Source: a virus (lineage: Duplodnaviria > Caudoviricetes). Taken from it: a DNA stretch of 64,000 bases. Positions 10,698 to 21,698 of the stretch are shown here, one piece after another. Where the stretch lies: the IMG/VR virus record IMGVR_UViG_3300026159_000398; one strand, 5' to 3'. Each line of letters opens with the position of its first letter. The stretch's first letter is position 1. The position numbers and the translations under genes were made by a program. The notes under the pieces are model-generated. The model was not told the DNA's origin. It ran no database searches and worked only from the letters and a program-made list of their open reading frames with translations.

Positions 10698-12032
10698 TCA
10701 TTCTCCGTTGTCCTCATCATCTAGTATAGGACTATCAAAGCTGTCGTAAATTCGTAAGCATGGATAGTCTACGTTCATTGGAAGGATGATATCCTTTTGT
10801 CCTTCGCGATCTTTTAGAATCTTAAAATTGATTCTGCCTCTTGAACGCTCTTCTGGAGTATTGATCATTGCAAGCATCCAGTCGGCAATTTTGTATTTTA
10901 TGAATGACTCGCCCATTGTTGCTTCATTCAATTCTTCAACGGTCATATTGTACTGAACTACCGATTTCGACAATTGTCCTGCGGTGAGTACTGGAACGTT
11001 AATTTCCTGAGCGAGAGAGCGGAGACTTTCGAATGCTCCACCTGTGTCTTTGTACATATTACCAAAGACTTTGGAGGGTTTGAGGATATCACCGTAATCG
11101 ACGACGATGAGATCAATGTCCCGTAGATGAAGCCCAGCGTAAAGCTCAAGGTTGTAAAGATAACCCATAATGTGATGCTCAACAGTGGCTTTTCCAGTAG
11201 GAAACTCTTTGACGAACAATCTGTTTTCACATTTTTCATCTTCATAGAATTTTATTACCTTTTCTTTTTGACCAACCAACTCCTTAAGAGGAATTTTCAT
11301 TCCGTAAGCGTCCATTCGCTGGCATTTCTTTACTTCAGAAACTTCCAGTGTGATAGAGACTACATTTTTTTTGAGATTCTTCCATGTATGGAATGACACG
11401 TTGTCCAGGAAAATTGTCTTTCCTACAGAACTGGAAGCAACATTCACATACAATTGTTTACGGAACATGCCTTCTGAAATAGCATTGAGACGTTCCCATG
11501 GCCATCGTATGAGACCTTCGTATGCCGCTTCAATTTGTTTATAACGTTCGCGAGCCTCAGTGATTTGCATACCAAGATCGATATCATTATTCCACTGAAC
11601 GGCCTCACGCATTACTTGCGTAATTTCAGGATATTTTTTCTGTTCTTTGAGGTCAATAATTTTAATGACGGCGTCTTCAATTTTCTTTTCGTGTATGAAT
11701 TCATTGCATTCGTCGTACAAAAAGTCAATTTCATGTTTTGGCATTGATTTGACATTTTTGTAAATGAGTTTAATTTGCTTGACGACTGAATCTTCGTAGC
11801 CTTTCTTTTCTGCCATACTGATGGCGGTTTCTTCAGTAGGAAACTCTTTGTATTTGTTGAAATAGACGCGAAGTATTTGGAACACGCGATTATTATCCCC
11901 ATTTTTGAAATACATGGGATTGATGTGTTGGTACATGCGTATCCAAAGCTTTCTTTCTTGCATGAAAGCAGACAGTAAGTCTGTCTCCATGTCTTGAATA
12001 AAAGGAAATGTGTCTTGATTTATTTCGTTCAT
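10698..12032 (-). CDS. Replicative DNA helicase (T4 gp41/DnaB-like)
   Basis: ASSSVGKT, ITLE, VKEFPTG, IVVDYGD, LTAGQL and KDREG motifs. Confidence 0.93.
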   Translation of the reverse strand: MNEINQDTFPFIQDMETDLLSAFMQERKLWIRMYQHINPMYFKNGDNNRVFQILRVYFNKYKEFPTEETAISMAEKKGYEDSVVKQIKLIYKNVKSMPKHEIDFLYDECNEFIHEKKIEDAVIKIIDLKEQKKYPEITQVMREAVQWNNDIDLGMQITEARERYKQIEAAYEGLIRWPWERLNAISEGMFRKQLYVNVASSSVGKTIFLDNVSFHTWKNLKKNVVSITLEVSEVKKCQRMDAYGMKIPLKELVGQKEKVIKFYEDEKCENRLFVKEFPTGKATVEHHIMGYLYNLELYAGLHLRDIDLIVVDYGDILKPSKVFGNMYKDTGGAFESLRSLAQEINVPVLTAGQLSKSVVQYNMTVEELNEATMGESFIKYKIADWMLAMINTPEERSRGRINFKILKDREGQKDIILPMNVDYPCLRIYDSFDSPILDDEDNGE

Positions 12033-12295
12033 TAAACCCTCTTGATAATTTTTACACGATGATCGAGCAGAAATAAGGCGAGTTTGTCAAGAAGTTGTTC
12101 TTCGGCTGTGGTTTTGAACTTACCGTTCTTTTCACGCATTATGATTTTGATGTCTTCCATCATGCCCATAACTTCTTTGTTTATCACTTTGTATTTCTGT
12201 TTCATTTCGTACCTCTGATATATAATTATATTCCGGAAAAAGGCGCCACGATAAAAATTTGTGGACAAATATATAATTTAATAAAGGAGATAATT

Positions 12296-12544
12296 ATGGC
12301 AGAGCCAACCGTTAAAATAAACCCTGACGAATTATTCAATACCGTGATGGACACTGTTTTCACTCCTACATTGGAGCGTCATAGTCAACCGGTCACTGAA
12401 GAGGCATTAGGAACCAAAATAGCTTCTATGAAGTTCAATCTCGAACGAGAAATTTTTGAAGTGCTTTCTCACTTTGATATTCCTCGTGAGAAAGCGATTG
12501 GAGCTGTCGCAAATTTTATCCAGAATTTAGCACGCATTAAATAG
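12296..12544 (+). CDS. Hypothetical protein
   Basis: AAGGAG SD before ATG at 12296, divergent TATAAT promoter. Confidence 0.65.
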   Translation: MAEPTVKINPDELFNTVMDTVFTPTLERHSQPVTEEALGTKIASMKFNLEREIFEVLSHFDIPREKAIGAVANFIQNLARIK

Positions 12545-13082
12545 GTTTTAAATGACCAGTAACTTGGTCAATGATGGCTGATTCAGCCGGTCCAATAGCC
12601 ATACAAGTGGTAGTTGGCTTGCTGACTTTGCCATCACCATCACATCTTATGCATTTAAGTTCCATTGTGCTAGTGGCGCAAGAAACGCCAGTACCAAGGC
12701 AAACAGGACAAGTGTCAAAGAATTCGGTTTTGCCTGCATCCTCAATGACTGCAAAAGGAAGATCGAGAAAAGCCGCTTTATTGCGTAATTCGTAAAGTTC
12801 TTCCAGCGAACCAACACCTAAAACAATTTTAGTAAAAAGTCCATCAAGCCATTTATCCCAATCAGAATTGGGGTCGTACATGAGTGACTTGATTTTGATG
12901 TCTTTTTGGTATGTTGGACCTATTTTATTTGATTGTTCATTGACCAAAAACACAGGAACAACTTTGCATTCAGTACTCATACGGTCAAGAAGTACTTTCA
13001 TTGATGCGTGAGCTACTTGTGCACCTATTTTGCCTTTACGCATATTCAAATCGGTTCTTACGACTATAACTTGCTTTACCAT
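12537..13082 (-). CDS. pth2: Peptidyl-tRNA hydrolase type 2 with inserted CxxCxGxG zinc finger
   Basis: KQVIVVRTDLNMRKGKIGAQVAHA, KIVL, DAGKTEF and TCMAIGP. Confidence 0.92.
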   Translation of the reverse strand: MVKQVIVVRTDLNMRKGKIGAQVAHASMKVLLDRMSTECKVVPVFLVNEQSNKIGPTYQKDIKIKSLMYDPNSDWDKWLDGLFTKIVLGVGSLEELYELRNKAAFLDLPFAVIEDAGKTEFFDTCPVCLGTGVSCATSTMELKCIRCDGDGKVSKPTTTCMAIGPAESAIIDQVTGHLKPI

Positions 13083-13399
13083 GGAAAAACACTCCCGCAA
13101 TAATTACATTTTGATTTTCGTTCTGTTGGAGCACCACAACCAGGACATTTTTCAGGTCTTTTTTCTTTTTGTATTTGCCCGCGTTTATAGAATGGATTTA
13201 CTTGTAATTCACTATTGAATTTTCTTCCACCTAAATCCATCGGCTCATAACCTGCTTCTTTCATACGTTTATCTGTATCAGCTGAAGACATATTGTTGAC
13301 CCATTGTGTAGCCAAATGTCTAGCAACTGCTTCACGTTGAGCCATTGGTCCTATGAGTGGTTTTGGTGTTGTTGGTTTTTTGTTACTGAAGAATCTCAT
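13076..13399 (-). CDS. Hypothetical protein with C-terminal zinc ribbon
   Basis: CPGCGA..CNYCG. Confidence 0.65.
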   Translation of the reverse strand: MRFFSNKKPTTPKPLIGPMAQREAVARHLATQWVNNMSSADTDKRMKEAGYEPMDLGGRKFNSELQVNPFYKRGQIQKEKRPEKCPGCGAPTERKSKCNYCGSVFPW

Positions 13400-13599
13400 A
13401 TCACTCCGCTACGCAATAAATTATTCGTCCATTGATCAAAACGAATAAAAACTTCGCTTTGATTATTTGGACATCTATGATACCGTAAAACTTCTGTTAT
13501 GTAAATATCAGGTTCACAATTTGAGAATCCATAATATTCGACATTCTGAAAGCAACCAGTCAATAATAGACAAATGAAAATTATTTTCTTCATTACCAA
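13396..13599 (-). CDS. Putative lipoprotein
   Basis: MKKIIFICLLLTGC lipobox. Confidence 0.55.
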   Translation of the reverse strand: MVMKKIIFICLLLTGCFQNVEYYGFSNCEPDIYITEVLRYHRCPNNQSEVFIRFDQWTNNLLRSGVI

Positions 13600-13606
13600 A
13601 GTTCTT

Positions 13607-14269
13607 TTAAATTAGTTTATTGATTCTATTTTGAATTAGTCCGCGTGAACATCCCAGTTGATCAGCAATTTGTCTTTGTGTTTTACCACAATCTAATAAT
13701 TTTAAAATCATTTCATCTTTAATGTTTTTTTTGCGATATATTGAAGCAATTGTTTTCATTTTTTCTTTTTCTATTGGATTTGAAAATCTTTTTTGTTGTG
13801 CTATTTTCATATTAACTGTATTGGCTTTTTTTACTTTTAATGATTTTCGCCATTTTAGATAATCTTTTTTAGATAATTTGTTAATTCTATCTTTTTGAGC
13901 AATTTTTTGTGAATTGCTCATTTTAAGCAAGCTTTCTGTTGAATGTTTATGACCAAAATTTCCTGATTTAGCCTTTGGAGTTAAATTATAACCATAAATT
14001 TCATCATAGTTTTGGCCATCACTTCCATAAGCACGATAAAAATATATACATTCTGTTTCAGCTTTATCTAATTCTTTTTTATTTTTACACAATCCAATAA
14101 TTCTTTTTTCTAAATGATGATGACGAGTTTTTATTATTTCTTTTATTTGTTTGCCTGAACCAAAATATTTAGTAGTTTTAATAGGGTCTCCAAGTTTTTG
14201 TCCTACATAAACTTTGTGTGTATAATGATCAAGTATTAAATAAATATAACCAAAAGATTTTTTAGACAT
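13607..14269 (-). CDS. GIY-YIG homing endonuclease (NUMOD3 + C-terminal HTH)
   Basis: GYIY..VYVGQ..YFGSG..GYN. Confidence 0.88.
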   Translation of the reverse strand: MSKKSFGYIYLILDHYTHKVYVGQKLGDPIKTTKYFGSGKQIKEIIKTRHHHLEKRIIGLCKNKKELDKAETECIYFYRAYGSDGQNYDEIYGYNLTPKAKSGNFGHKHSTESLLKMSNSQKIAQKDRINKLSKKDYLKWRKSLKVKKANTVNMKIAQQKRFSNPIEKEKMKTIASIYRKKNIKDEMILKLLDCGKTQRQIADQLGCSRGLIQNRINKLI

Positions 14270-14315
14270 AATGATTGTTTCTCCAATATGATTATATTAT
14301 CTTTTGGTAAATATA

Positions 14316-15335
14316 TTAAATAATTTTTTTTAGTTTCCATAGTAATTTGGCTTTATAGTCCCAAAAATGAATTCTTTCTTTAAAATCAAATTTTATTCCT
14401 TTTTCGGCTAATGTGCCAAAATCTTTTTCATTTAAACCTTTATAATCGAATACATAGACTCCGGGTTGATTATGTTCGGTCAACCATTCGGCCCATTTCC
14501 ATCGAGCATTACGGCCGGCGTCATCATTGTCGAAAACAAGAATTACTTTATTAAGTTTCTTAGCAAGAATCTTTTTAAATTGTTCTTCAGTTCCGACACC
14601 GAACATCGCAACGCCATTAGGACGTTGGATTGCATCAAAACAAGCTTCAAATACTGCGCAAGTGGTGCTGAGATTGTCAAGATTCCAGATCGGAAAAACA
14701 TTTTCACCTCTACTTTTCTTCCATAATAATGGACTTTTGTTTTTAATATCTCGTCCTGCATAGAAGATTAAATTGCCATCTTCATACACAGGAAAAATTA
14801 TTCTGTTCTCTTCTTTATTGACAAATAGAACCGTCTTTTTGATGCGATCTTCTGGAACTTTTCTAGCTCGCAAATAATCAGCATATTCAGTATGGACTTT
14901 AGCGTTAAATTTCTCAAACGTATCTGGAATATTTATGTCGCTGACTTCTGCACGTTCAGAAACAAATAGACAACGAGGTTTGCTGTTACCAAGCATCTCT
15001 TTGATGTCAACGCCAACCATGTAGCGTCCAATAAACCATTGCTTGGCTTCTTTAACTGAATTAAGGTGCATTACCATTTTAACGAATTTGAAAAATTCTC
15101 CATGGTAATCTGAGCCATAAAGAGCTGCAGCCTTGAAGCCATTAAAGACTACAATCTTTTTGTCGTCTACTTGCTTGACGCCAATGCCACACCTCCATTT
15201 TCGGTCATTTGTACCCCATGAAGGTGGTTCATTGATTTGAATTCTCCAAGCCTCAGGGTCGCTCTTTGCGATTTTATAAGGCCCGAGATTTTCGTCAGCA
15301 ATAAAATTTACAACCGCATCTAGTGGTATAAACAT
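14316..15335 (-). CDS. DNA primase (T4 gp61-like, TOPRIM)
   Basis: RIIFP..GR, FEACFDA, VFDNDDAG and KDFG. Confidence 0.9.
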   Translation of the reverse strand: MFIPLDAVVNFIADENLGPYKIAKSDPEAWRIQINEPPSWGTNDRKWRCGIGVKQVDDKKIVVFNGFKAAALYGSDYHGEFFKFVKMVMHLNSVKEAKQWFIGRYMVGVDIKEMLGNSKPRCLFVSERAEVSDINIPDTFEKFNAKVHTEYADYLRARKVPEDRIKKTVLFVNKEENRIIFPVYEDGNLIFYAGRDIKNKSPLLWKKSRGENVFPIWNLDNLSTTCAVFEACFDAIQRPNGVAMFGVGTEEQFKKILAKKLNKVILVFDNDDAGRNARWKWAEWLTEHNQPGVYVFDYKGLNEKDFGTLAEKGIKFDFKERIHFWDYKAKLLWKLKKII

Positions 15336-15336
15336 A

Positions 15337-15804
15337 TTACTTTGTCGTGTCTTTTGCTTCCTTTGTTATTTCAACCAGATTGTCCATTGAGATCAAAAGT
15401 TCGCCATAAAGTTGCTCATGTGCCGTCTTGATATCAATACCTTCAGGCAGCGGACGAGTTGCTCCAAGCGAATAACGTTTGTTGTCAACGAGCCAATCGA
15501 TTTTCAAATCAACTACAGGTCTCTGTTGAATCTCAATTTTTTGAATGATTGCAGGGGGAACAGTGGATTGTGGTGCCACAGTTTTGGCTGCTGCGAGAGC
15601 TTCTCTTTCTGCTTGAACTTCTGCAGAAGATCTGCGTCTACGTACAGGCGGAGCCAGTGTTTCACCAATTTCTTTGAGGGATTTCCCACTCTTTATTAAG
15701 CTAGCGATCTTGTCAATTTCTTCTTGACTTAATACTACACTCTCTTGCACTTCTTGCGTTTCTTGAACCTCTTCAGCAGGGCTCACTACTTTCTTTCGTC
15801 TCAT
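15337..15804 (-). CDS. Hypothetical protein
   Basis: ORF in operon context. Confidence 0.65.
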   Translation of the reverse strand: MRRKKVVSPAEEVQETQEVQESVVLSQEEIDKIASLIKSGKSLKEIGETLAPPVRRRRSSAEVQAEREALAAAKTVAPQSTVPPAIIQKIEIQQRPVVDLKIDWLVDNKRYSLGATRPLPEGIDIKTAHEQLYGELLISMDNLVEITKEAKDTTK

Positions 15805-15805
15805 G

Positions 15806-16360
15806 TTACTTCAATCCTGTATATTTTTTCGTGTCAATCTTTGGTTTTATGATTGACTTGATTTTGCTGAAATAATCTTCTACACTGTCGACTATTTGAA
15901 AACTCGGAACAGCGAGCATAAATTCCTCAGGAGATTCTGCCGTCTCCTTGACTGCGTCAATCTCCTTCTGGACACTCCGCTTAATCTTTTCTTCGGAAGC
16001 CGATGCGGTCGATTTAAGCGTTTCAATAAACCTCCTCGACGTTTCAAAGCCGTATGAAACGATCACTGCATTTTGGATGTGTGGCGTCTTATACACTCGA
16101 TAACATTTTTGAATAACGTGAGGCAATTTAGGCTTTAAAAAATTGTGGTAGAAACGATAGGCGTCTCGCGCATCAAGTCTTTTCAAAGCGACACGCGCTA
16201 TCATTTCTACCAGTTCATCTGTAAGATCTTTAGACAGATAGTGGATATTGAGGCAATGAAGTACTTTATCGTCGGCATAAAGGACCAAAGCAAGGGGGTA
16301 TGGGTCCTTATGGTAACGAGAGTACTTGAAGTACGCGATATATCCACGTTTCAGCTGCAT
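15806..16360 (-). CDS. DNA end protector protein (T4 gp2-like)
   Basis: FKY..DPYPL..LNIHYL..YRVY matches gp2 family motif. Confidence 0.7.
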   Translation of the reverse strand: MQLKRGYIAYFKYSRYHKDPYPLALVLYADDKVLHCLNIHYLSKDLTDELVEMIARVALKRLDARDAYRFYHNFLKPKLPHVIQKCYRVYKTPHIQNAVIVSYGFETSRRFIETLKSTASASEEKIKRSVQKEIDAVKETAESPEEFMLAVPSFQIVDSVEDYFSKIKSIIKPKIDTKKYTGLK

Positions 16361-16992
16361 TACATTTCCATCGAGAGTTGTTTGAACTCAGGTTTCTTAG
16401 TAGCATAGAAATACATTGAACGAATAGTGTGGATGTTCTTTTTGAGCATCTTGGCTATTTCATCCATTTTGTAGCCTTGCTGCTTTAGTATAATTATATT
16501 CTTTTCAGTGGGAGAAAATTTATTCAACATTTGCTCTTTAGAGATTTTGTTGATAATTTGATCTTCCATTGAAAGAGAAGCACGCATAGGTTTCCATTTG
16601 GCTTCATAGTATTCACTTGAAGCTTCAACAGATTCTCCATGCTCTACCGATTTCCAGTTTTCCATGGAATGCTCATGAGCATTTTTCTTATTCATCTTTT
16701 TGCATTCTTGGATTAAATCGTTCTTGATTATCTCCCATGCCCATGTTGAAAGTTTGGCGGCTTTCTTGCTCTTTTCGTTGAAAGTATCAAGCGCCTTGAA
16801 AAGACCGATGCACGCTATTTGATACATATCGTCATAGTGGCTATCGGATTTTTTCGCAAACTTCAGAGTTATTTCGTTCAAAAATCCTTTATTGCGATTC
16901 ATGAACAAATTGAACTTGCGAGGGTCTGCTTTGATTTCAAGAATACGCTCATTAGTCATGTCCGCTATTTTGTAGCTTTCCTTTTTGCTCAT
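16360..16992 (-). CDS. Sigma70-family RNA polymerase sigma factor
   Basis: DDMYQIACIGLFKALDTF..LSTWA region 2 and C-terminal HTH region 4. Confidence 0.88.
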   Translation of the reverse strand: MSKKESYKIADMTNERILEIKADPRKFNLFMNRNKGFLNEITLKFAKKSDSHYDDMYQIACIGLFKALDTFNEKSKKAAKLSTWAWEIIKNDLIQECKKMNKKNAHEHSMENWKSVEHGESVEASSEYYEAKWKPMRASLSMEDQIINKISKEQMLNKFSPTEKNIIILKQQGYKMDEIAKMLKKNIHTIRSMYFYATKKPEFKQLSMEM

Positions 16993-17088
16993 ACACTCTC
17001 CTGAAAATTTGTTGTGATATATTAAATATAATAAAATTTTATCAAAAAGTAAACTAAAAATTTACATTCTAATAAAATTTTAAACTTC

Positions 17089-17826
17089 TTACATTAAAAT
17101 CGAATATGCATACTTTTTCCAATCATGCGAAACTGCGTCGGGGTCTTTGCTTGCTGCTACCCATAACATAACATCCTCGAACACACGAAAATCCAGTCTC
17201 TTGACTTTGTTTACACCAATTTCTTTGGTGATGTAATGCCATGCTTCGTGTTTCCATTCAACTGGAACTTTAGCAGGCGGAGCATCTTCGAGATGTTCTT
17301 CGATGTACGGCGCGATTTCTGACGGACTCACGATTATTTCTATTGGACTTGTTCGACTTACTATTGCTGGGTCGATCTTGTTTTTAGGAATATTCGTGAT
17401 CAGAATAACTTTGCTCTGAAAATCAAGAGTCGGCTTGAATGATTTCGTACCTTGAACAATGAGCATTGTCTGATCGAAATAAGTAATTCGTCTGACGGGT
17501 TCATTGGTAACCGCAGCACGAAGAATTTCGACATTTAATTTTTTGCGAATAATGTCATTAACATCATCGAAAACAATGATCATATTAGGGTCATTGTATT
17601 TATGCAATGTGACATACAAAGCTTGGGCGTCTTTAATACCACCTGTTATGTGAGTGAAAGGAACTCCTTCTTTTTCGAGTTCATCAACAACAGCGAATGA
17701 TTTGCCGATACCTACACTGCCCATTATCAGTCGAGAAGTTTTATAACCTCTCGTAACTGCTCTCACTCCCATCCTCAACATCTCCATTTTCTCATTCAGA
17801 GACATTGTGTAGTCTTGTTTTTTCAT
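17089..17826 (-). CDS. AAA+ ATPase
   Basis: GSVGIGKS, IVFDD, ILITN and SR finger. Confidence 0.8.
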   Translation of the reverse strand: MKKQDYTMSLNEKMEMLRMGVRAVTRGYKTSRLIMGSVGIGKSFAVVDELEKEGVPFTHITGGIKDAQALYVTLHKYNDPNMIIVFDDVNDIIRKKLNVEILRAAVTNEPVRRITYFDQTMLIVQGTKSFKPTLDFQSKVILITNIPKNKIDPAIVSRTSPIEIIVSPSEIAPYIEEHLEDAPPAKVPVEWKHEAWHYITKEIGVNKVKRLDFRVFEDVMLWVAASKDPDAVSHDWKKYAYSILM

Positions 17827-17838
17827 TGTAACTTTGTC

Positions 17839-18168
17839 CTATTTGAAGAGCTTCAACTGTCCAGCTTTTGTTAGCTCTTCATCTTTTTGGTATTGTAGTT
17901 GATCATTGTACATTTTTATTGCTTCACTCAAATTCGGTGCGCTCCAACTACGACCTTTGTCGTCTCTCACATAAATTGTCACTTCATGATTTGAATCATC
18001 ATAGACTTCATCGCCATTTTCGACAATAAAATCATACAAATCATCTTTGTCAATTGTTTCAAGAGCATCTATTCTTAGCATTTCACGCAATTGATCTGGA
18101 GAATCTACTTCCAGTTCATGTTCTATTTCAAGTGTATGGGCACTTTGAAAAACAATTTTCATACTCAC
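17839..18168 (-). CDS. Hypothetical protein
   Basis: AGGAG SD and AATATAATT promoter upstream. Confidence 0.65.
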   Translation of the reverse strand: MSMKIVFQSAHTLEIEHELEVDSPDQLREMLRIDALETIDKDDLYDFIVENGDEVYDDSNHEVTIYVRDDKGRSWSAPNLSEAIKMYNDQLQYQKDEELTKAGQLKLFK

Positions 18169-18510
18169 TCCTACGCCTTTTCGTCAAATTTCTGTCCTTT
18201 AAGAATTATATTCCGGGACCAATCCGTTTGTTTAGAATTATAGGGACATGGCTCACTTATTTTTTCGATTGGTTTTACTTTTAGATTCTTTTTTACCGGA
18301 AACTGAATCACCACTGTTTGATTCGGCGCTGTCGGTTTTAACATCTTTTTTGCTCCCTAGTTTTAATATGATGCACATCAGTGTCGTGGCACCAATAATT
18401 ACCCAATCATAGAATCCCATGTTATCCCTTCAGTTGTTTAAAAATGTAGTTGCCAAAAACTGCGGCAGCTATTAGAATCATCAACACTATCAGAATTACG
18501 GCCAATGTTT

Positions 18511-19284
18511 TCATTTCTTTTTTCCTATTTTCGCTATGTACTTTTGTAACAAATTATTTTTTGGACCATCAATCATTGTTGAGTGGCTCCAAACAAGATT
18601 CTCAAAAAATGCATTGACTCGACTTACATCAATGTCAGCGTATTTATTGAACTTGCTCAACTTCAATGAGTTATCCAAAAGATACGCGGCCCATTCATCT
18701 TCAATACGGTCGGCAGTGTTGTATCTATTGGTCAACTGGGTTTGCATAATTTCTTGGTATGCTATTCCAGTTTTCTCGTAAATACGATTTACGAAAGTTT
18801 TGTAGCTCTTGTTTGCACAATAAAGAGCGTGAGACATTTCATGAATCAAAGTTGTTTCTGGGCTGACGCCATTTTCTTTGCAAGTTATTTTATTGATCGC
18901 AATGATCGCGAACTTGCGGAGTTTCTTGCATGTTTTTCCATTAGTGGTAAAACATTCAAATTTCTCCAATGATTTCAGAACGGATTTTTCTTCTTTAGAA
19001 AGACTTTCATTAAATAGAGGATAAAATTCCGTCAAATGAAAATCCTGCATGAAGAGACCATAATATGAAGTCTCGTATGGATTTTCTTTTTCCAACATGA
19101 GACTCCAGTTTGAAAAATCTTCTGCTGTTATAAACTTCGCTTTGTCCTCAAAAAAGCATTCGAAATTGAATGCTTCACTTATTCGCAAGAAATAAGTTGT
19201 CATATCAAGCGGGTTTTCCACAAGATACAAAAAGATTCGAAGGTTGTTGATGTCAACGACCGTAGGCTTGATGAAATTGATCAT
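18511..19284 (-). CDS. HExxH zincin-like protein
   Basis: TLIHEMSHAL..DEWAAY. Confidence 0.55.
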   Translation of the reverse strand: MINFIKPTVVDINNLRIFLYLVENPLDMTTYFLRISEAFNFECFFEDKAKFITAEDFSNWSLMLEKENPYETSYYGLFMQDFHLTEFYPLFNESLSKEEKSVLKSLEKFECFTTNGKTCKKLRKFAIIAINKITCKENGVSPETTLIHEMSHALYCANKSYKTFVNRIYEKTGIAYQEIMQTQLTNRYNTADRIEDEWAAYLLDNSLKLSKFNKYADIDVSRVNAFFENLVWSHSTMIDGPKNNLLQKYIAKIGKKK

Positions 19285-20059
19285 GAATCGTTCCTGATTA
19301 AAATATCTTCGAGCTGCTTATGAAAATATTTTAATTCAGAAGCGGTCGCAGGTCTTATTTTTATTTGGTCGCCATTTGCCAGCGCCAGTTGAACCTCGGC
19401 CCATGAAAAGCGAGAATAGTGTTTATGGTGCTTTTCGTAGACCGAACTCATTATGGTGCAAGATTTTGAATAAAAATCCTCGCCTATGAAAATTAAATTA
19501 TGCGTCACTGGTTTTTTACTTTTTTTCATTTAATATCCTATCCATGTTGTCTAGGGCACGTTGAAAATGAAATGTCACCCAATCCGATATCGGCAATTGA
19601 AGACGTAAAAGCCATTTGAATCTGGTGACCAATTGTGAATAACCAATCCAGAACGCAACTTGAATTCCGTAAAACCACGCTCTGAACCATTGGCTCCATG
19701 TGATGTAGTCAGGATTGTCTTTATTCATCAGCTGCACCTCATAGAAATTTCTGTTACTTGTTGTTTGTCTGTTTTTATTTCAGTAACAGACCAATCTTCT
19801 TTTGAAGAAGAAGGATATTCAGTAAGTGCCAATCCTAATGCCACTGATTCGCATTCAGCAACTACAATGGTTTCTATTTCTTCAAAAGCTCCACGATTGC
19901 CATGCCAATAATATGAGCAATGAAAAACTTTTAAAGACTTAGTTTCTGTTTCAGTAAGTTTTTCTTCAAGTTTTTCTTCGAGTTTCTTTGCTTGAAATGC
20001 CCACCAATCACGCTCTTCCCATGTGAACATGAAACGCGGGCATTTAAGTTTTTCAGTCA

Positions 20060-20539
20060 TTACTCATCGCCCTCCTCTTCTTTATCAGCCGAAGATTTTC
20101 TGCGCATTATCTTTTGGCCACCAGATCTCGCCAATTTCTTGAGTTCACGTTCTTTTTTCTTTTCAGCTTTGTAACGTTTGGCAGCAGCACGGTCTTCTTC
20201 AGTAATGAAGACAGTTTGGGCATCGTAGCCAAGTTCTTTTCGTTCGGCATGCAGAACATGAAGTTGTTCACGAAGCCCAAGATGTTCAGGGCAACCACGT
20301 TTTCCATTGGCAGTGTATTGCCAAATTTTCAACGTAAGTTCGTGCATTTGTTCAGTGATAGCTTCTATGCGAGCAGCATTCAACTTCTTGCGTTTCTTTT
20401 CTTCACGATACGCCTTGAGTTCACCACGTTTCCACTTATTCTTGCCACGCTTTTTACGGCCAGTAGGAGTGAGTTCTTCCTCTTCTTGCTCCTCAACAAT
20501 ACCGTCTTTCAAGGCTTCCATTGCGGTAAGGTCTTCCAT
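20060..20539 (-). CDS. Highly charged hypothetical protein
   Basis: Strong GAGGAG SD; K/R/E-rich. Confidence 0.65.
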   Translation of the reverse strand: MEDLTAMEALKDGIVEEQEEEELTPTGRKKRGKNKWKRGELKAYREEKKRKKLNAARIEAITEQMHELTLKIWQYTANGKRGCPEHLGLREQLHVLHAERKELGYDAQTVFITEEDRAAAKRYKAEKKKERELKKLARSGGQKIMRRKSSADKEEEGDE

Positions 20540-20784
20540 GTTACTCTCCTCTTCTGAGTTAACGACGTTTGTCGGCGCTTTGAATTTCTGCTGCTAATTG
20601 ATTATATCGAATCTCGATATATTTTTCTCCATTGTGGAGACGCTCATATATGTTGCTTGCATTACCAAAACTTTGACCATGTTCTACAAGCAAATATTCT
20701 TCCATATACCCAATGAGATGGGCTTTTGCGGCCATTATAGGATGACGATTTTTATCCTTGAGCCACTCATGAAAATGTTTCAAA

Positions 20785-21078
20785 TCATAATTCGCCATTT
20801 GCAATCCTCAGTAATTGTCCACAATATTTCTTGACACGCTTACGAGCATCATCAAGATGACGACCAGACAGGTGACGGCCCGACTTAAGCCAACAAGCAT
20901 AATACGTCATGCGATGGGCATCAGGTCCGTTGAATCCACGAAAATTTTGATATTTGGAAGTTTCAGAGACTTGCTCGTCTCTTGTTTGGCGTTCATAGAT
21001 GGCTAGAATGGCCCTCTCAAGCCACCTTTGATCAGTAGCTATTTTTGCCTCGATATGCTCTTTTGTTATGCTGTTCAT
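20785..21078 (-). CDS. Hypothetical early protein, likely leaderless mRNA
   Basis: ATG lies 7 nt after the -10 box of the early promoter. Confidence 0.7.
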   Translation of the reverse strand: MNSITKEHIEAKIATDQRWLERAILAIYERQTRDEQVSETSKYQNFRGFNGPDAHRMTYYACWLKSGRHLSGRHLDDARKRVKKYCGQLLRIANGEL

Positions 21079-21084
21079 GATAAT

Positions 21085-21124
21085 ATCATAACATTAAAAG
21101 AGGTTTTTGTAAATACTTTTATTA
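21085..21124 (-). promoter_or_regulatory. Host-sigma70-type early promoter (copy 1 of 3)
   Basis: TAATAAAAGTATTTACA-N17-TATGAT with TG extension; near-identical copies near 52036 and 52707. Confidence 0.8.
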
Positions 21125-21485
21125 GATAATCAGGCGTTTATGATATTCTTCCGCCATAACTTCTTTTGTCTTACGGGGGTCATAGTCTCTTAAAAATTCA
21201 GAAACTATTTTGAGCGCCATTTGATTGGGTGTGGTTAATGAATCATTGTCCTTTGCGGCGTCACAAAGTTTTGTATAGGTGTCGTTTTCAAGTGCGAATG
21301 CGACGGTTTGGCAGTAAAGATTGTCTTTGACAACTTCACGAACTTTTTTAGCACAACGTTCAATAAAAGCAATGCAATCATCAGGCCTCGATGATGAATA
21401 AACTTCTTTCCATTTGAAAAGTTTCTTTTTTTCGACAGCGTATGCTACTGAACTGCCTTGCATCACTCTTACAAAACGAAATTTA

Positions 21486-21698
21486 TTATTCTTCATAGTC
21501 ATCCTCAACAAGCGCTCCACTTACGCATTGAAAACTTAATTGACACACTCCACAGTTTTCGCAGAGTTCAGGGTGAATAAAACATTTTTTGTATTGGCCA
21601 CGAATATCAATTGGTTCAGTAGATTGAAATATCGCACCCATCGGGCATTGCATGACGCAAAGCCCGCAGCCAATACACTTACTTTCAATTATCTTCAT
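21486..21698 (-). CDS. 4Fe-4S dicluster ferredoxin
   Basis: CIGCGLCVMQCP and CENCGVC....C. Confidence 0.85.
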   Translation of the reverse strand: MKIIESKCIGCGLCVMQCPMGAIFQSTEPIDIRGQYKKCFIHPELCENCGVCQLSFQCVSGALVEDDYEE

